Assembly (NCBI GenBank): GCA_035084275.1
Contig: CM068758.1
Span: forward strand, 2,542,001 to 2,606,000
Source: Hydrolagus colliei
Lineage: Eukaryota
Direction of reading: 5' to 3'
DNA length: 64,000 nt
Of the stretch, positions 36,068 through 49,220 are shown piece by piece. How positions within the stretch are numbered: position 1 is the stretch's first letter; each line of letters begins with the position of its first letter. Under the pieces are notes generated by a model that made no database searches, was not told where the DNA came from, and was given only the letters and a program-made list of their open reading frames with translations. The translations under genes were made by a program, and so were the position numbers.

Positions 36068-36305
36068 TAATACTGTAATAATAATAATACTTGCATCTGA
36101 CATAGCGCCTGATCACGTCGTTGAGACGTCACCAAGGACTTCACAGAATATAATGTAAAGTGGAGTGACTCTATCATGTGCGGGTGAAAACATCAAATAA
36201 TAATAATAATAATCCTTGCATTTGATATAAAGCTTTTCACATCTTATCAATGTCTTAAAGCGCTTATGTAAAGGGAATTGACTGTATATTTGTCGGCGAA
36301 ACGTG
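36068..36305 (-). mobile_element. Two tandem SINE tail fragments
   Basis: Two successive aataataat(a/c)cttgcat...gactgtat units, at ~36068-36190 and ~36197-36305. Confidence 0.8.
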
Positions 36306-36369
36306 GAATGGCGGCTTCGTGGGACTGAAATCTGTTCTTGTGAAGGTTGAGTAGGGAAACGTACTAGCT

Positions 36370-36712
36370 AATGTGAATGTGAGCCAAGCAGACCTGAAAG
36401 ACTCAGGTTTGATCTATAGTTTGTTGTTTAGTTAGCTGATCTCAGCTGGGCTAACTGTAGAGCTTGGCTGACCTCCAAGTCAAAATACCAACTGATAGTC
36501 GCTGCCTAGATTTGCACTTGAATAATGCCCTTGAAGAGGCATCGGAGGGTATGCATTGCTGTTGTGGGACATTGCTGTGGGCTCATTTTATTTACCCCAT
36601 TCACCCACAAAATACACTGCCACTACATTTAACAGTCAAATCCTGTGAAGCGCGTTGAGACTTGGAGGGCAGGCATGATAAGGAGCTATACCAAATGCAC
36701 AGATTATTTTTT
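36370..36712 (+). mobile_element. Ancient LmeSINE1-like DeuSINE relic
   Basis: tgagccaagcagacctgaaagactcaggtttgatc...gttagctgatctcagc resembles the coelacanth LmeSINE1 5' region (recall); followed by gcattgctgttgtgggacattgctgtg and tail. Confidence 0.55.
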
Positions 36713-37239
36713 AATATACTCGCTTACTCTAAAAAGGCAGAGATACATTCAAAGGATCTATCGTTGCTCAGTGTCTTCACCAGCGACAAGGTGAAGGGCC
36801 AAACGCAGTACTCGGGTCGAAGTGAAGGACGCACGCATTTGTTCGACGAACCACTGCGGATGGAGACTTCCTCGAACGCATAAAAGGCAATTTGGAAAGA
36901 AACAAAAATAATTTTCGAGGGATTTGGCGCAGTTACTCACACCATTGATCGCGGATCATTTCAACCCACATCACTCATCAATACAATGAGCCCCTTTTTG
37001 ATAATTTGAGGGCAGGTTGATTAACATTTGTTGTTGTTGTTGATGGCACATAGTGCGTGATGTTGCATGATTCATTGGTGAGGCTTCTCCTGCAATGTCA
37101 TGTCTATATAACCTTTGTAAACAGCTTTCTTTTTAAAACAACAACAGCATGTATATTTGCACAGTGCCTCTCACGTCGGGAGGGATGTGAGGACAGTTAT
37201 GTCTCACATGTGAAATATATTGATACAAGGACTTAATTA

Positions 37240-37357
37240 TTTTGCCCATTAAATATACAGCCGATTCCCTTTACATTATCTTCTGTGAGGCGCTTTGAGA
37301 CGTTGTGAAGACATGTTAATATGCTACAGCAAATTCAAGGATTATTACAGTATTATT
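37240..37357 (+). mobile_element. SINE tail fragment
   Basis: aaatatacagccgattccctttac...gcgctttgagacgt...caaggattatt. Confidence 0.78.
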
Positions 37358-38344
37358 AAAATGTGCTTTATGCATATTTTCTCTTTCTCTACCGCTTTAT
37401 TTTTCTTTGTTTCAATTACAAAAATTAATTCTAAGATACAGCTGGATGCTGTAATCTGCAATGGGAGGATAGTAGGTTGGGAATTTGGGGAAGACAAGAT
37501 CAAAACGGCCTCTCTTATGATCCTACCATTCAGTGACAAAGGTAAATACCTGTCTTCCTTAACAAAGGCTAGTTTACTTGAAACACATAGAGCACTTTCA
37601 CAAACACTGAGAGCCAATGGTGTGAATATCTCCTGACTGGCCCACAAAATACGCATAGTCACATCACTTGACTGTACATCCTGTGAAGCGCTTTGGGTTG
37701 TCCTGCTTTCGTGAACGAACGGCACTAAAATAATGCAAATTGCTGCCACTGTACCGATCCGAAACCCTTTGAAACGGCTCCATTGCACACCAGCAATTCG
37801 GCAAACAAGCACATCAGCGAGCAGGATCAACAAATGTATTTATCAAGAATTTCCCGGTGTCAAATCTGATGAGATATGCTGCTTCCCTGGTTATATACGA
37901 GCCCATTATCACTGACGAATCTAAAATTGTTCTGTTAAAACTGTGTGCGTCCGTGAGAAATATTCCGTTTGCTAAATTACTGCAAGCTTTGATCCCATTG
38001 TTCATGGTGATGTTACCTTGGCTATTAAGCTTCGTTGCTAAAAGCAGACGTGGGATTAATTAAACTGGAACCCTGCGATCTTATTAATATCCACAACATT
38101 GCCTGGGCTGCTATGTACACACAGCCGCTGAATAAGTATCAACTATGGCATCGCTCGCTGTGAGCAGGAAACCACAGAAAGGTGGACATCAATACTGACA
38201 ACAAAAGGGAACAAGGCTGGACTTGGGCATTGGAAATCATTGATTACACGAGGGCATGAAACAAACATGAACCAAACTTATCAACTTCAGGCGAATCCGC
38301 CTGAAGAGTATTTTGCCTAGAGGTCCCCAGAATAAAATTGTATT

Positions 38345-38630
38345 ATTAATGATAATAATAATAATAATCCTTGCACTTTATATGAAAAGCCTTATCACAG
38401 CGTCGAGATGTCTCAAAGCGCTTTGTAGAATCTACTGCTATTGGAATGGACTGTATCTTTTGTGGACGCATCGCAGCAGCCAATCGCTCAAGGCAGTGTC
38501 TAACACAAACAGTGCGTGGATTGAAGTCACCGATTTATTATTCTTATTATTTTTGAAGGAATTATTACCCCCGGAAAAGCGATCCACCAATAGACTCATT
38601 GCTAGTCGCTTTGAGGCGACTCGACAACAG
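38345..38630 (-). mobile_element. Long-form SINE 3' two-thirds
   Basis: Tail plus ccggaaaagcgatccacc, the reverse complement of the long-form segment at 31989-32006. Confidence 0.8.
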
Positions 38631-40292
38631 GCTACATTAAATCCGAGAATGATTAATATTATCCTAATTTATGCAGTATGCTCCTGTTGGGAGAACTTCT
38701 CCAAGTGCTTCTTAAACACTCACGATGTGAGTGGGCGAGTTGACCGATTTTATTGGCCGCGACACCACGAGAAACTCCCTTCTCTGTCCACAAAAGTGCC
38801 ACGGAAATCATTAACCTTCACCCGAACACCTGCGTACGTCGCCCTGATTTAAACAGGCCGTCCGAAAATTGCCAGGCCAATTGCGATCGGCGTGAAACGG
38901 CCAAGGGCTGTGGCGATCGTATCAGTTCTCAGTCAATTGCGGTGGCCTGCTGCCATCGGAACGGGCCGTGCGAACCAGAGAGGTCGGGGAGTTACTAACG
39001 GATTACCTGAAGAGGTTTCAAAATGACGACAGTGTCACAGCATGAAAACAAACCGCCATGAAAGGGCTTATAAATTAACCAGCGGTTATAATGACTAGAC
39101 TGCGCTGTCGTGGGGGGACCTGCAGCTGAGAAGGAAGCTCAGTAGATTAGTTTACCATTCTCTCCGTCCATTTTATTCTTCGTTACAAGGGAAGGCGGGG
39201 GAGGGTGGGGAGAGGAAGGGGAGTGGGGGGAAAAGAGAGAGTCAGCAAGGGTTAGTGGTCCTATTCCTTGTCCAATACACCACCTTCACTGAAGGAGTAT
39301 CTGTGTGTAGGTAACGCAAGCCAAATCAGACTTGGCCATAATAGTCAAACTGAGTCGACGAATAATCCAACCATATATTACCCTGAAAAGTAGCCACCAG
39401 AGAAGGTAAAAGGTAAGAAGAGTGTAGGCGGAGGAACATTGGCAAATGACTACATTAGCAAATTAATAATATCCTTGGAACACTTAAGGTACATAATGTA
39501 ATGGGACTGAAACAATTTGCAGCGTCAACGTTCTTCACTGGGACCAGATGTTGACTTATCTTTGAATCAACTTACAGAAAACACATTGAACGCCTTCGAT
39601 AGTCTGAAGATAAATCGCGCAGTCGTGCTATAAACGTCGGTAGCTTGAAATCATCAAAGGTCGCACGATTCTCTCAGAAGAAAACATCTTCGGATGGTCC
39701 GTAAGGCGGAAGGAGATGTTCAAAAGGAGATCGCGCATTGCAAACTTTGAACAGTTATGTGTTTCCTGGCGACTATTATGTTTAGTGTCTATTCCAGGTG
39801 AATGATGAATCGCGCTTCTATCTTTATGGAGCTCTGCAAATAGGCTTCGGGAACAGATAACATAAGCGCCAACAACAAGGTGAATTATTCAAAAATCCCT
39901 GGTGTGCAATGGGCATTACCTCTCAAACGCATTCGGATTCTCACAAAACATTTACGTTCCACCAGGGTGAGAGACACGCCACTTGTTATTGTATGCATTA
40001 TGCAATGGTTGAATTTATTTCAACTCGTAGGCGCAATGGATGCGGCTGGAATTGCTCCTCGTTTCGAAGGAGTCGCCGACAGCAGCAGGGCATAAAACAA
40101 AAGCCACTGCTCGCTCCTCCACTCCCCAACGTGAGGTATCGTCCGCCAGGCTATCCCTAGAGCGTTCTGCCGTGTCCCACCGAAGAAGGGTAACGCAACT
40201 GACTGACCCACCACATAACCTGAACGAGCATTATTGCAGCAATGTCTCAAGTATATATGACATTCCGCGGGTCTCTTCTCTACCCTTACTTC

Positions 40293-40545
40293 CCTTCCTT
40301 ACTCCACAAACATTGCTGATAATAATCCGTCCCTCCAAAAAAACAAACCACAACAATTAAAATGGGTCATTTCAATCCACGACTGTTTGTGGGGACGCTG
40401 CTGTGCGCAATTTGGCTGTTGCGTTTCGCCCACAAATACAGAGTCAATTCACTATACTGTACTGTATTCACAATTACAGTATATTGTGTGAAGCGCTTTG
40501 AGGCATCGATGAGATGTGACAAGCGCTATATCAAATGCAAGGATG
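40293..40545 (+). mobile_element. SINE lacking the tRNA head
   Basis: ttccttactccac...gggtcatttcaatccacgactg...caaatgcaagg. Confidence 0.88.
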
Positions 40546-40997
40546 ATCTCTGCTGCAGCTTCTTGATGACCCCATCGGTCTTTTTCCCCCTTCCACGGAC
40601 GCGAGCCAGTCGACGACACCATTCGGACTAAAATATTCCACGACCCTTTTGAACTCCAACACAAACAAACTACTATCATTTCCTTAAGTCGTTTACTGTC
40701 ATGATATTATGACTTGACGATGTCCGGGAGGTCAAGATGGGAGGAGGTGACAGTACTTTGCTCTGTAAGCACGCTTTTAAGTGCAAACAAACAACCACGA
40801 TAAATAATTAAAAACCACGGCTCTATCCAACTATAGGTTGAGCGCCAAGCAAGTGTTCGAACCAAATGACGGGCCAAGCTTCCAAAAATGACACACCAGC
40901 CAGCGATACTCGCCTTCTCCTCTTTCGTGACTGATAAGATGAGTAAACCTCAAGCATGCTGAGGTACATCTCCCTAATAATCCGCATGGCTCGATAG

Positions 40998-41280
40998 AAC
41001 AACAGCAACAACAACTAAATGAAATTTCTATAGCGCCTTTCAGGTCGAGAGGACTTCCCGAGACGCTGGATAATCAGTGCTTTTGACTCGAGCTAGGGGG
41101 TTGTGATCGGGCGGGTAAACAAGGGGGTGGTGTGGGGGGGTGGGGCTTTGGGGAAGCAGGGTAGTCAAAGTGCAGGATTTTGAGATGGGTCTTGAAGGAG
41201 GCAAGGGAGAGAGGGCGAGGCCGGGGGGGGTGGGGGGGGCGTGAAGGGTAGGGTGGGTCGGGCGGGAGACATGGAGCAGA
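40998..41280 (-). mobile_element. L2 LINE 3' end
   Basis: (caa)n...tagcgcctttcaggtcgagaggac; gtcttgaaggaggcaagggagag; gggtcgggcgggagacatggagcag (shared with 32350-32380). Confidence 0.82.
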
Positions 41281-41464
41281 CTGAACGGGCCCTCCGAATG
41301 AATTAAAACATATCCTTTTAATAATAATAACAATAATAACAATTATTAATAATTATTTAGCAAGTAATAATTTAATGATAATACCGATAATGTTAATTAC
41401 TCGCTGCGTTCGATGCAGTGCATATGAACTCGAGAAGCATTTCCCAGGTAACTGCAGGAGAGAG

Positions 41465-41620
41465 CGAGCGAGGCCAATTTGCTTGCAACACCGTCCCGCA
41501 GACAGCCACAAAGTGAATGACCGGTTTTATCTGTAGGATAGTTGGCCAGGACACACAGGGAAACTCCCCTCCCCTTTCAAACAGCGCGGCGGAATCTGTA
41601 ATGTCAATCGGAGCAAGGTC
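41465..41620 (-). mobile_element. Old DeuSINE Deu-domain fragment
   Basis: gccaatttgc...cagacagcc...gttggccaggacacacagggaaactcccctcccctttcaaacagcgc. Confidence 0.7.
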
Positions 41621-41850
41621 TCGGCTCATTAAACTGAATGGCACTTTCACCCATTGGCAGGAGAGCTGTAACCCGAGCCAAGATCAAACCTACATCAGAG
41701 TAAGCAACGTTAGGATAAAGGCGTTTTGTTGTGTGTGGCTGTAACTGCGACGCCCACTACCAACCATAAGCAACTTCCTCACACATCGAATAAGCACGGC
41801 TTTGAAAAAATTGATACGAAGGACATGTCCCCCAATGGAGACAATCATCC

Positions 41851-42162
41851 AGGAGCTCCTGTAGCTCAGTGGTTAGAGCGCTCGCCTCGCAAGCGAAAGA
41901 CCCGGGTTCGCTTCCCGGCCAGGGCAAAACCTCAGGCAAAGTTCCCTCCAGAAAAAAAAACTCATCGTAATTTGGTCACTCATTCCATGCCTGTTTGTGG
42001 GGGGACGCCGCTTTGCGCAATTGGCTGCTGTGTTTCGCCCACAAAACTATACAGTCAATTCACTTCACAGTATATTCTGTGAAGGGCTTTGAGACACAGT
42101 CCAGAAGACGTGAAAAGCGCCACATCAAACGCAAGGGTGATTATTATGATTATTATTATTAT
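41851..42162 (+). mobile_element. tRNA-derived SINE, near full length
   Basis: ggagctcctgtagctcagtggttagagcgctcgcctcgcaagcg...gggttcgcttcc...tail. Confidence 0.9.
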
Positions 42163-44392
42163 TTCCACTCGTACTGTTACTGCATCTCCTTTCCAAGAGA
42201 TTGCGAGCTCACATCTGCGAGGTGTACTTAGCCAAAGTCCAATTAAAAAAATATATTAACGAATGGGTAAAATGTTCCGGCTGAGACATGATTAATGGGC
42301 GAGCAGCTACTTAAACTGGCTGGTTAATTTTGTTTTATTTTCCTATAGTATCAGGCAACTTCTTAAAAGGTTTACATGAATTTAATCATGGCTGATCCAC
42401 ACTTCTGTATTAATGAATGTATGTGTTTGTGTGTATGTGATATCCATTTGCTTAAAGGAGATATACTTTGTAATTTATTATGCATTATCATATTTAAGTA
42501 ATTTGAACGGAACAACTAACCTTAATTAGTACAAACTGCAATTGCTTCTTTGACCCTCTCTCCTCTTTCACACACACACACACTCACACACACACACAGA
42601 AATTCATCAAACTTACATATTGAACAGTTAGGTTGCTTTATGTAACCCCTTTCCTGCGCTAATGTTTTGCTTGGTAGAATTGAGAGACAACAGTACACAG
42701 CAAATACAAAACGTGTTGGTTTGAAGTTGCTGTTTAACACCACACAACCATCCACAAGGACGATAAACTCCAGAATGTGAAGCTGTTTGTCTCAGTGATA
42801 TAATGATATGTCAAATGCAATGATTCTTATTCTTATTAAAAATCCTTTCTTTGCTCGCTGTAGAAATATTAGGCCTATTTTGCGGGATTTCTGAACAAGA
42901 TTCCTTCTTATTACTGTATTACCTTCTCACTGATTGTTATTAGTCGCAGCATTTCGTTGCCTCCCTCTCTGTCCTGTCCTACTTGTTATTTAATGACTTT
43001 CGACCTTGTCTCTGTCTCCCTTATCTGTCTGTTCTTGCCTTTGCTTTCTACCCAGTTCTGCGCTTGAAACCTGTTGCTTTTTTCCTCTCTGCCTCTTTCA
43101 TCCAGCACCCACTGCCCCCGAGTTATTTTTCGCAATGTATTTTTCATCGGGCAGCCAAAAAAAACAAAACGTGTTTTTTCGCGATTGATGGGTAGCTGGG
43201 AGATGGAAAGATCGACGAGGCCGGAGTGTGCGTGCGATCGGATCAGTCAAGCAGTGTGTCAACGCGGTGACGTTTCTCAAGTATCTGCGGCAACCAGGTG
43301 CGTAAACTCATTCACTGCCCTCCAAGGGTTAACACAGGGGAGGGTCTCCTTTGTGACTTATATCCGCACCGCTGGTCTATTCTCTTTTCCCCACCAGGCG
43401 CACACACTCATGAACATTAATCTTTGTGGTTTCCCCTGCCTGGAGACAACATAAAACAGAATGCTAAAGGTCAACAGTCTTCTTAGATGCTCTTTTTATC
43501 CAGACTGAGATGTCTTGCAGATCTGCTGTGAATTAGCACACAGGACGTGATGGAACGCTCCACACAGTTCCTGAGATATTATAGCTCAAAGCCCCCAAGT
43601 CATAGCATCAACCTTCACAGTTTGCCACTGGGCAGAAAGGTTTCATTAACTGACCCCCACCTCCCCTCACGATTTATTTTTATGACATTTTTTTGACACT
43701 TGCAACAGAATTTTTCATTTTGCGATACCTCCAGGAGAACTGAGGAACGAGAGATTTTTTTTTCATTTACAGCACTTAACGGTGGTGTAGAAAGGCAAAG
43801 GCTACCTTGCCAGACAGTTTTGTAACTAATTTTCATTTAATATTACATTCCATCACGTCGAGACAAAAGGCTAAGTTTCGATGTGTCCGCGTGCTTAAAA
43901 AAATACAATTTTAATGTATTCTATTTGATTTCCCATCCGGTGGCTGCGGATTTTTTTAAAAAAAAAAGATGAATTGTGGGTATGCTTCATATATGTGTGC
44001 AGTCAAGTTAATATTTGTTGGAGGGTAGCTGTTTCTCTCTCTCTGTGTTAATGTTCCAGCTCCATTGCTCAGTGCTGAGATATTCTGTCACCTCACGCAA
44101 AGAATCAGATCTAGCAAATTGCACACAGCTAATGTTTATAGTGTTGAATGTGATACTACAGCCTCTTGGTGAGTGTGTGTGTGTGTGTGCAGAATTGATC
44201 TGAATTTACGTTTTGTTTTGCCACTCTAAATCAATGAATTAACCGTCCATTTCTTCCCAATTAAAAAGTCCACATTTGTTGACAGACTTTGAAACACTTG
44301 GATGGTCGGAAAGCAGAATTCACCCTGCCGCAAACCAACGTCGAATCAGACTCAATAGATTTTTCTTTAAAGTGCGAATACTCATAACACGA

Positions 44393-44740
44393 AGAATAAT
44401 TCGTGTATTTGATATAGCCCCTTATCACGTCTTTGAGACAACCCAAAGAGCTACGTGGAATATTCTGCAAATGAAATTAACCATATATATTGTGGGCAAA
44501 ACTAAGCAGTCAATTTCATCCAGTGGTGTCCCGCAAACCGTCGTGGAATAAATAATAAATAATAATACGAGCATTTAGCAGGAAAAGTACTCGCCAAAGC
44601 GTTTCACAGGCTACACTGTAAAGTGCAGTGACCTCGTGGTTATTGAATGCCAAATAGCACAGCTTATCTGTGAATTGCAGTGACTATATATTTTGTAGGC
44701 AACTGGGGCAGCCTAATACACGCACGGCAGTGGCACACGG
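44393..44740 (-). mobile_element. Two decayed tandem SINE 3' fragments
   Basis: aataattcgtgtatttgatatagcccc...gtgtcccgcaaac, then aaagcgtttcacaggctacactgtaaagtgcagtgac. Confidence 0.65.
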
Positions 44741-45387
44741 TGATATTATTGTGGGTAGGATATCACCTCAGTTGTGCTAAACACTAAACTTCCTATAATA
44801 CTGTACCTTAATGAGCCGAAGTCAGCCATTCGTTTGATAATGGATTTATTGTGACAGCTTGACTCGAAATTAGAAATGTCTGCTTTGCTTTTCGGAGCCA
44901 AGTTTTCTGCAAAATGTTCCCTCTGGCTTAGAATCAGCTTAGAATCGCAGACGCAAAGATGTCACACGTGGCATCACAAAGAGGGTTTTTGCATGACGTG
45001 GCTTAAAAAGTCACTCTGGAGAGAAGTGAGATTTGTGCAAATTTATTTGAAAAACAAAAGACTTTGGAAAAGGGAATGTCTTTGTTCACTCAGCAGCAAG
45101 GCAGCTTTGATCTTTTTGTGTGTTACTTAAAGACGAAAATGGCCTCAAAGTGGGCTTCACGAGGGAAAAAATGACCTTGAAATCTGCCCGAGGTTTGTTC
45201 ACCTGAGAGGGTACATTATCCGTGGCGCTTTGAGTCTCACACAGGATCAGGACTGTTCATAAACCATTGTTATCATTATTATTATTATTGTTATTATTAT
45301 CATAAAACCTGAAGCTTTCGAATAACAATCTGTTGTCGAGCTCACAAATTGCGCTGGTATGAAATGGATTCAGGTGAATCCAACATT

Positions 45388-45741
45388 TAATAATAATATT
45401 GAATAATCCTTGCATTTGATATAGCGCTTATCACTTAGCGCTTCTAAATGTCTGAAAGTGATTCACGGATTGTACTGTAAAGTGAATTGACTGTATATTT
45501 GTAGGCGAAACATGGCAGCCAGTTGTGCAACAACAACAACAACAACAACAAAGTGCGCAGCGGTGGCCCACAAACCTTCATGGATTGAGTGACCAAATCC
45601 TTATTTTTTTTCATGAGGGATTATTATTAGGCGTGCGGTGTAAGGAAACTTGCCAAAGGTTTCGCCCTGACCTGCCGGGAATCGATCCCAGATCCTTCAC
45701 TTGTAAGGCGAGTGATCTAACCACTGAGCTACAGGGCTCCA
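45388..45741 (-). mobile_element. tRNA-derived SINE, full length, with a (CAA)n insertion
   Basis: Consensus throughout except the caacaacaa tract at ~45528-45553. Confidence 0.9.
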
Positions 45742-45869
45742 CTCCATTTTCCCTAATCGTCTTGTGCTAATCTTCAGCTAGCAGAGCAGACACCTGCCAG
45801 TCAGCATTGAAGAACAGCGTAGCTTCCATTGCTGCGTGTGGGGTTTGTTCCTAAGTTTTAAGGGCCGCG

Positions 45870-46037
45870 AATAATAATAATAACATTAATAATAATCCTT
45901 GCATTCCATATAGCGCTTTTCACGTCTTCTAGACGTCTCAAAGCGCTTCACAGAATAGACTGTAAAGTGAATTCACTGTACACTTGTGGGCGAAACGCGG
46001 CAGCCAATTGCGCACAGCAGCGTCCCCCACAAACAGT
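45870..46037 (-). mobile_element. SINE 3' half, young
   Basis: tagcgcttttcacgtcttctagacgtctcaaagcgcttcacag, near-perfect consensus. Confidence 0.92.
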
Positions 46038-46542
46038 GCCAAGTTCTATTCTCCTCGTGCCAACTTGGGGGTCAGGAAGTGGCTATTTTGCTTCTGCTTT
46101 GTGGGGGGGAGAGGGAAAGAATGCTGAATGTGACCGAAGTGTGTATTATTAGCTCTTTAACCTAGATAAGCTGATGAAGCACTTATCTCAGGAAGCACAA
46201 CTCTTGCGAGGTACTCTGCCATAAAGATATTTTAGAACATCCATTTGTCATCCGTACTTATTCACATATTCACTCGGGGGTGGGGGGTGGGGGGGGGGGG
46301 GGGCTGTATGCTGTAAACTTCTCGATGCAGAACCGCACTGGGACTTCTCGGAGGACAGTATGACTGTATCTCAAGGGATCCATAAAAACAGACTTTATAT
46401 ACACATGCAATCTCTCGGGAATTATACGTAGGGAGGGGAGAGAGTTGTGATATTTTTTTTAGCACAAATAGGTTATTTCTAAATAGCTTTAATTATTACC
46501 TTCCGACGCACCAATTAAAATGTAAAACAAAAATAATGACGA

Positions 46543-46705
46543 CAACAATAAATTGGTCACTTCAACCCATGGCTGTTTGTGGGAACGCTGCTGTGCGCAA
46601 TTGGCTGCCGCGTTTCGCCCACAAAATAGACAGTCAATGCACTTCGCAGTGATAAAATAAGACGTGAGAAGGCGCTATAATCGAACACTGTACAAGGATT
46701 ATTAT
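46543..46705 (+). mobile_element. SINE 3' half
   Basis: aattggtcacttcaacccatggctgtttgtgggaacgctgctgtgcgcaattggctgccgcg. Confidence 0.85.
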
Positions 46706-47041
46706 TGTTGTTGTGTCATCCGTTTCGCACACAAGTGAGAAGAATTAGGGATTGCGGAGAAGATAATGGATTTTTTCCCCATAGCGGAGGTGTGTGTGTT
46801 CGTGAGTGAGTGACTGAGTGTATCTAATTGTGTTTGGGCTCTGAACACACACGGTATCAAGTGGTTAAATTTCGGAATCGCTGGGAGCCACAAAAAAAAT
46901 CTGCATTCGTTTTTTTTGCTCTGCACCTCACACAGCACAGTTGTTTCAAATAAAGTTTGCTGCCAGTTTTTATTCAGAAACAAACTACACCTGTGGAAAA
47001 TCAGTCTACTTTGCAAAGGCCCTGTGGAATGTTGATATAAA

Positions 47042-47203
47042 ACAATCCTTCCATTCGATAGAGGTCTTTTTACATTGGGAGAACGTCTCGGTGCATTTGA
47101 ACTGAATGTGAACTCAATCCACTTTACAGTCTATTCTGTGAAGCGCTTTGAAACATCTCAATGGCGTGATGAGGTGCTATATCAAATACAAGGATTATTA
47201 TTA
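47042..47203. mobile_element. Back-to-back SINE tails (minus ~47042-47100, plus ~47113-47203)
   Basis: aatccttccattcgatag...acgtctc, then cactttacagtctattctgtgaagcgctttga...caaggattatt. Confidence 0.65.
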
Positions 47204-47282
47204 GCCGTGGTGTTATTAAGTTGCCGTCAACTGCAGTGAATGTACGTTTGAAAGTGAATGCAACAGTCAAGTTGCACGCAGC

Positions 47283-47341
47283 TAATCATAGAATTTTACG
47301 GCACAAAAGGAGGCCATTCGGCCCATCTAGTCTGTGCCGGC
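47283..47341 (-). mobile_element. CR1 3' terminus
   Basis: aatcatagaattttacggcacaaaaggaggccattcggcccatc. Confidence 0.8.
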
Positions 47342-47374
47342 AAAGACTAATCTCCCGCAAAGAGCCGTAAAGTG

Positions 47375-47595
47375 AATGACCAGTGGGAGAGACACCAGGC
47401 TCTTGTTAAATTAAGTCATTGGATCCTCCGCCTGACCGTACAGACAGGAACTCACTTCAATGTCTGTCTCAATCCAACAGAATGTTGTCCGCCAACAATT
47501 CAGTGCTCCCCCATTCCCTCACAGCCTGGAATATGAACTCAATTACTGACCTGTAGCTTGAAGAACAAGAGTGCTTTGAAATGAGCCAAGTTGAC
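47375..47595 (-). mobile_element. Old DeuSINE relic (5' half)
   Basis: ggatcctccgcctga...cagacagg...cagtgctccc...cagcctgga...gagtgct...tgagccaagttgac, similar to 49780-49940. Confidence 0.5.
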
Positions 47596-47909
47596 AGACA
47601 CAGCCTGTGTTTTTTTTAAGAAAAAACGTTTGCAAGGAAAACGCAGTCACGGTGGAGCGACGACAACTTTGGAAATTGCCCCACATTCCCATGTTTCAAG
47701 CGTTGCGGATATCTGAGCAATGTTCTGTCTGTTTTGTGTGACACTGTGTAGACTGACCGGGGATTTGAACTCAGGCTTTAGGTGGCAAGGCATACAGCTT
47801 TACAGGAGTAAAGTTCGGAGCGCTAGGAAACACCGTGTCGGGCTACTACCCAGCTGGTCTCATCAGGTGTTTCGAACCTAGCTTCGGCTCGTGTTCACTT
47901 TGCGCTTGA

Positions 47910-48211
47910 AATAATAATAATATTCCTTGCGTTTGATATAGCGCTTTTCACATCTTCTAGAATGTACTGTAAATTGAATTGACCGCATATTTGTGGGCGA
48001 CACGCGGCAGCCAATTGCACACAGCAACGTCCCCACAAACTTTTGTGGATTGAAATGACCAATTTTATTATTTTTTTAAAGGGATTATAAGTAGGCGTGT
48101 GTGCGGAGTAAGGAAACTTGCCCAAGGTTTCGTCCTGAAGCTGCCTGGATTCGAACACAGGTCTCACGCTTATAAGGCGAGTGCTCTAACCACTGAGCTA
48201 CTGGACTCCAC
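47910..48211 (-). mobile_element. tRNA-derived SINE, full length
   Basis: ...ggattcgaacacaggtctcacgcttataaggcgagtgctctaaccactgagctac. Confidence 0.94.
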
Positions 48212-49114
48212 AACAGCAACAATAATAATAACCCTTGCATTTGATATAAAGTTTGAAAGAATTGGTTAACGAATGGAACTGGTCAGAGAAAGGTGGAGGT
48301 CAGTAATTGTTTTGCCCGTGGACCTATCATTTACCAGTGAGCGCAGATCGCTCCTCACTGGCGTTTGAAAGTCCTCTCGAATCAATAGCACAGTATTCCT
48401 CGGTTGCATAATTAGTTTCAGAGATTGTTATGCATCAGTACTTTAGAAGTACAGTTCAATAGTATGGATCTGCTAGGAGTTGGTTTCAGCTTCACTTTGC
48501 CTCGAATCCAAATTGAAAACTGCCATATACATTCCCTTCCTATCGATCGCGCTTTAATTCAAGTTGTTGCTGGTTGCTTAGAATGTTATCCTACAGTGCC
48601 ATCTAAAGGCTCAGCAACAGAAAGGACAATGCTACTGGCTACGTCAGTGCAACAGCATTGATGGGATTCACGTTACAAGCAGATATTTATTGTGCTATTA
48701 ATGATTCGTATTTATCCGCTTGCGTTCCCCATAAATTTTGAAAGAAGCCCGACTTTACAGTCTCTTAAACCATTCACACGTGTTTGGGGAAAAAAACACA
48801 CATTCATAGGCAGATAAAACCCACACAATAAAGGACTCGCGGTATGATATTATGGCCACGTTTTAGTGCTCCGTGTTAGATAATCACCGAACGCTAAGTG
48901 AATAAAATATTCAGCTAACTGGCGGGTTGCGGTAGTGAAAAGGGTAGAATAGCAGGTCAGAACAGAGGGAATAGGTGAGTGCAGGGGGGAGGAGAGGGGA
49001 GACTGGGAGCACATGTGTAAAGTTTATCAGTGTTGTCGTAAAGTTGTAGTTTTATCCGTATGTTTGAGCAATATATTTTGGTTAGCTTGATAAACACAGT
49101 CAAGAGCTGGCTTA

Positions 49115-49220
49115 ACTCGCCATTACACCCACAAGCGCACAGTCAATTCACTGAACAGTATATTCTGTGAAGCGCTTTGAGACGTCTAGAAGACGTGAAA
49201 AGTGCTATATCAAATGCACA
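49115..49220 (+). mobile_element. SINE tail fragment
   Basis: gtgaagcgctttgagacgtctagaagacgtgaaaagtgctatatcaaatgca. Confidence 0.9.
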
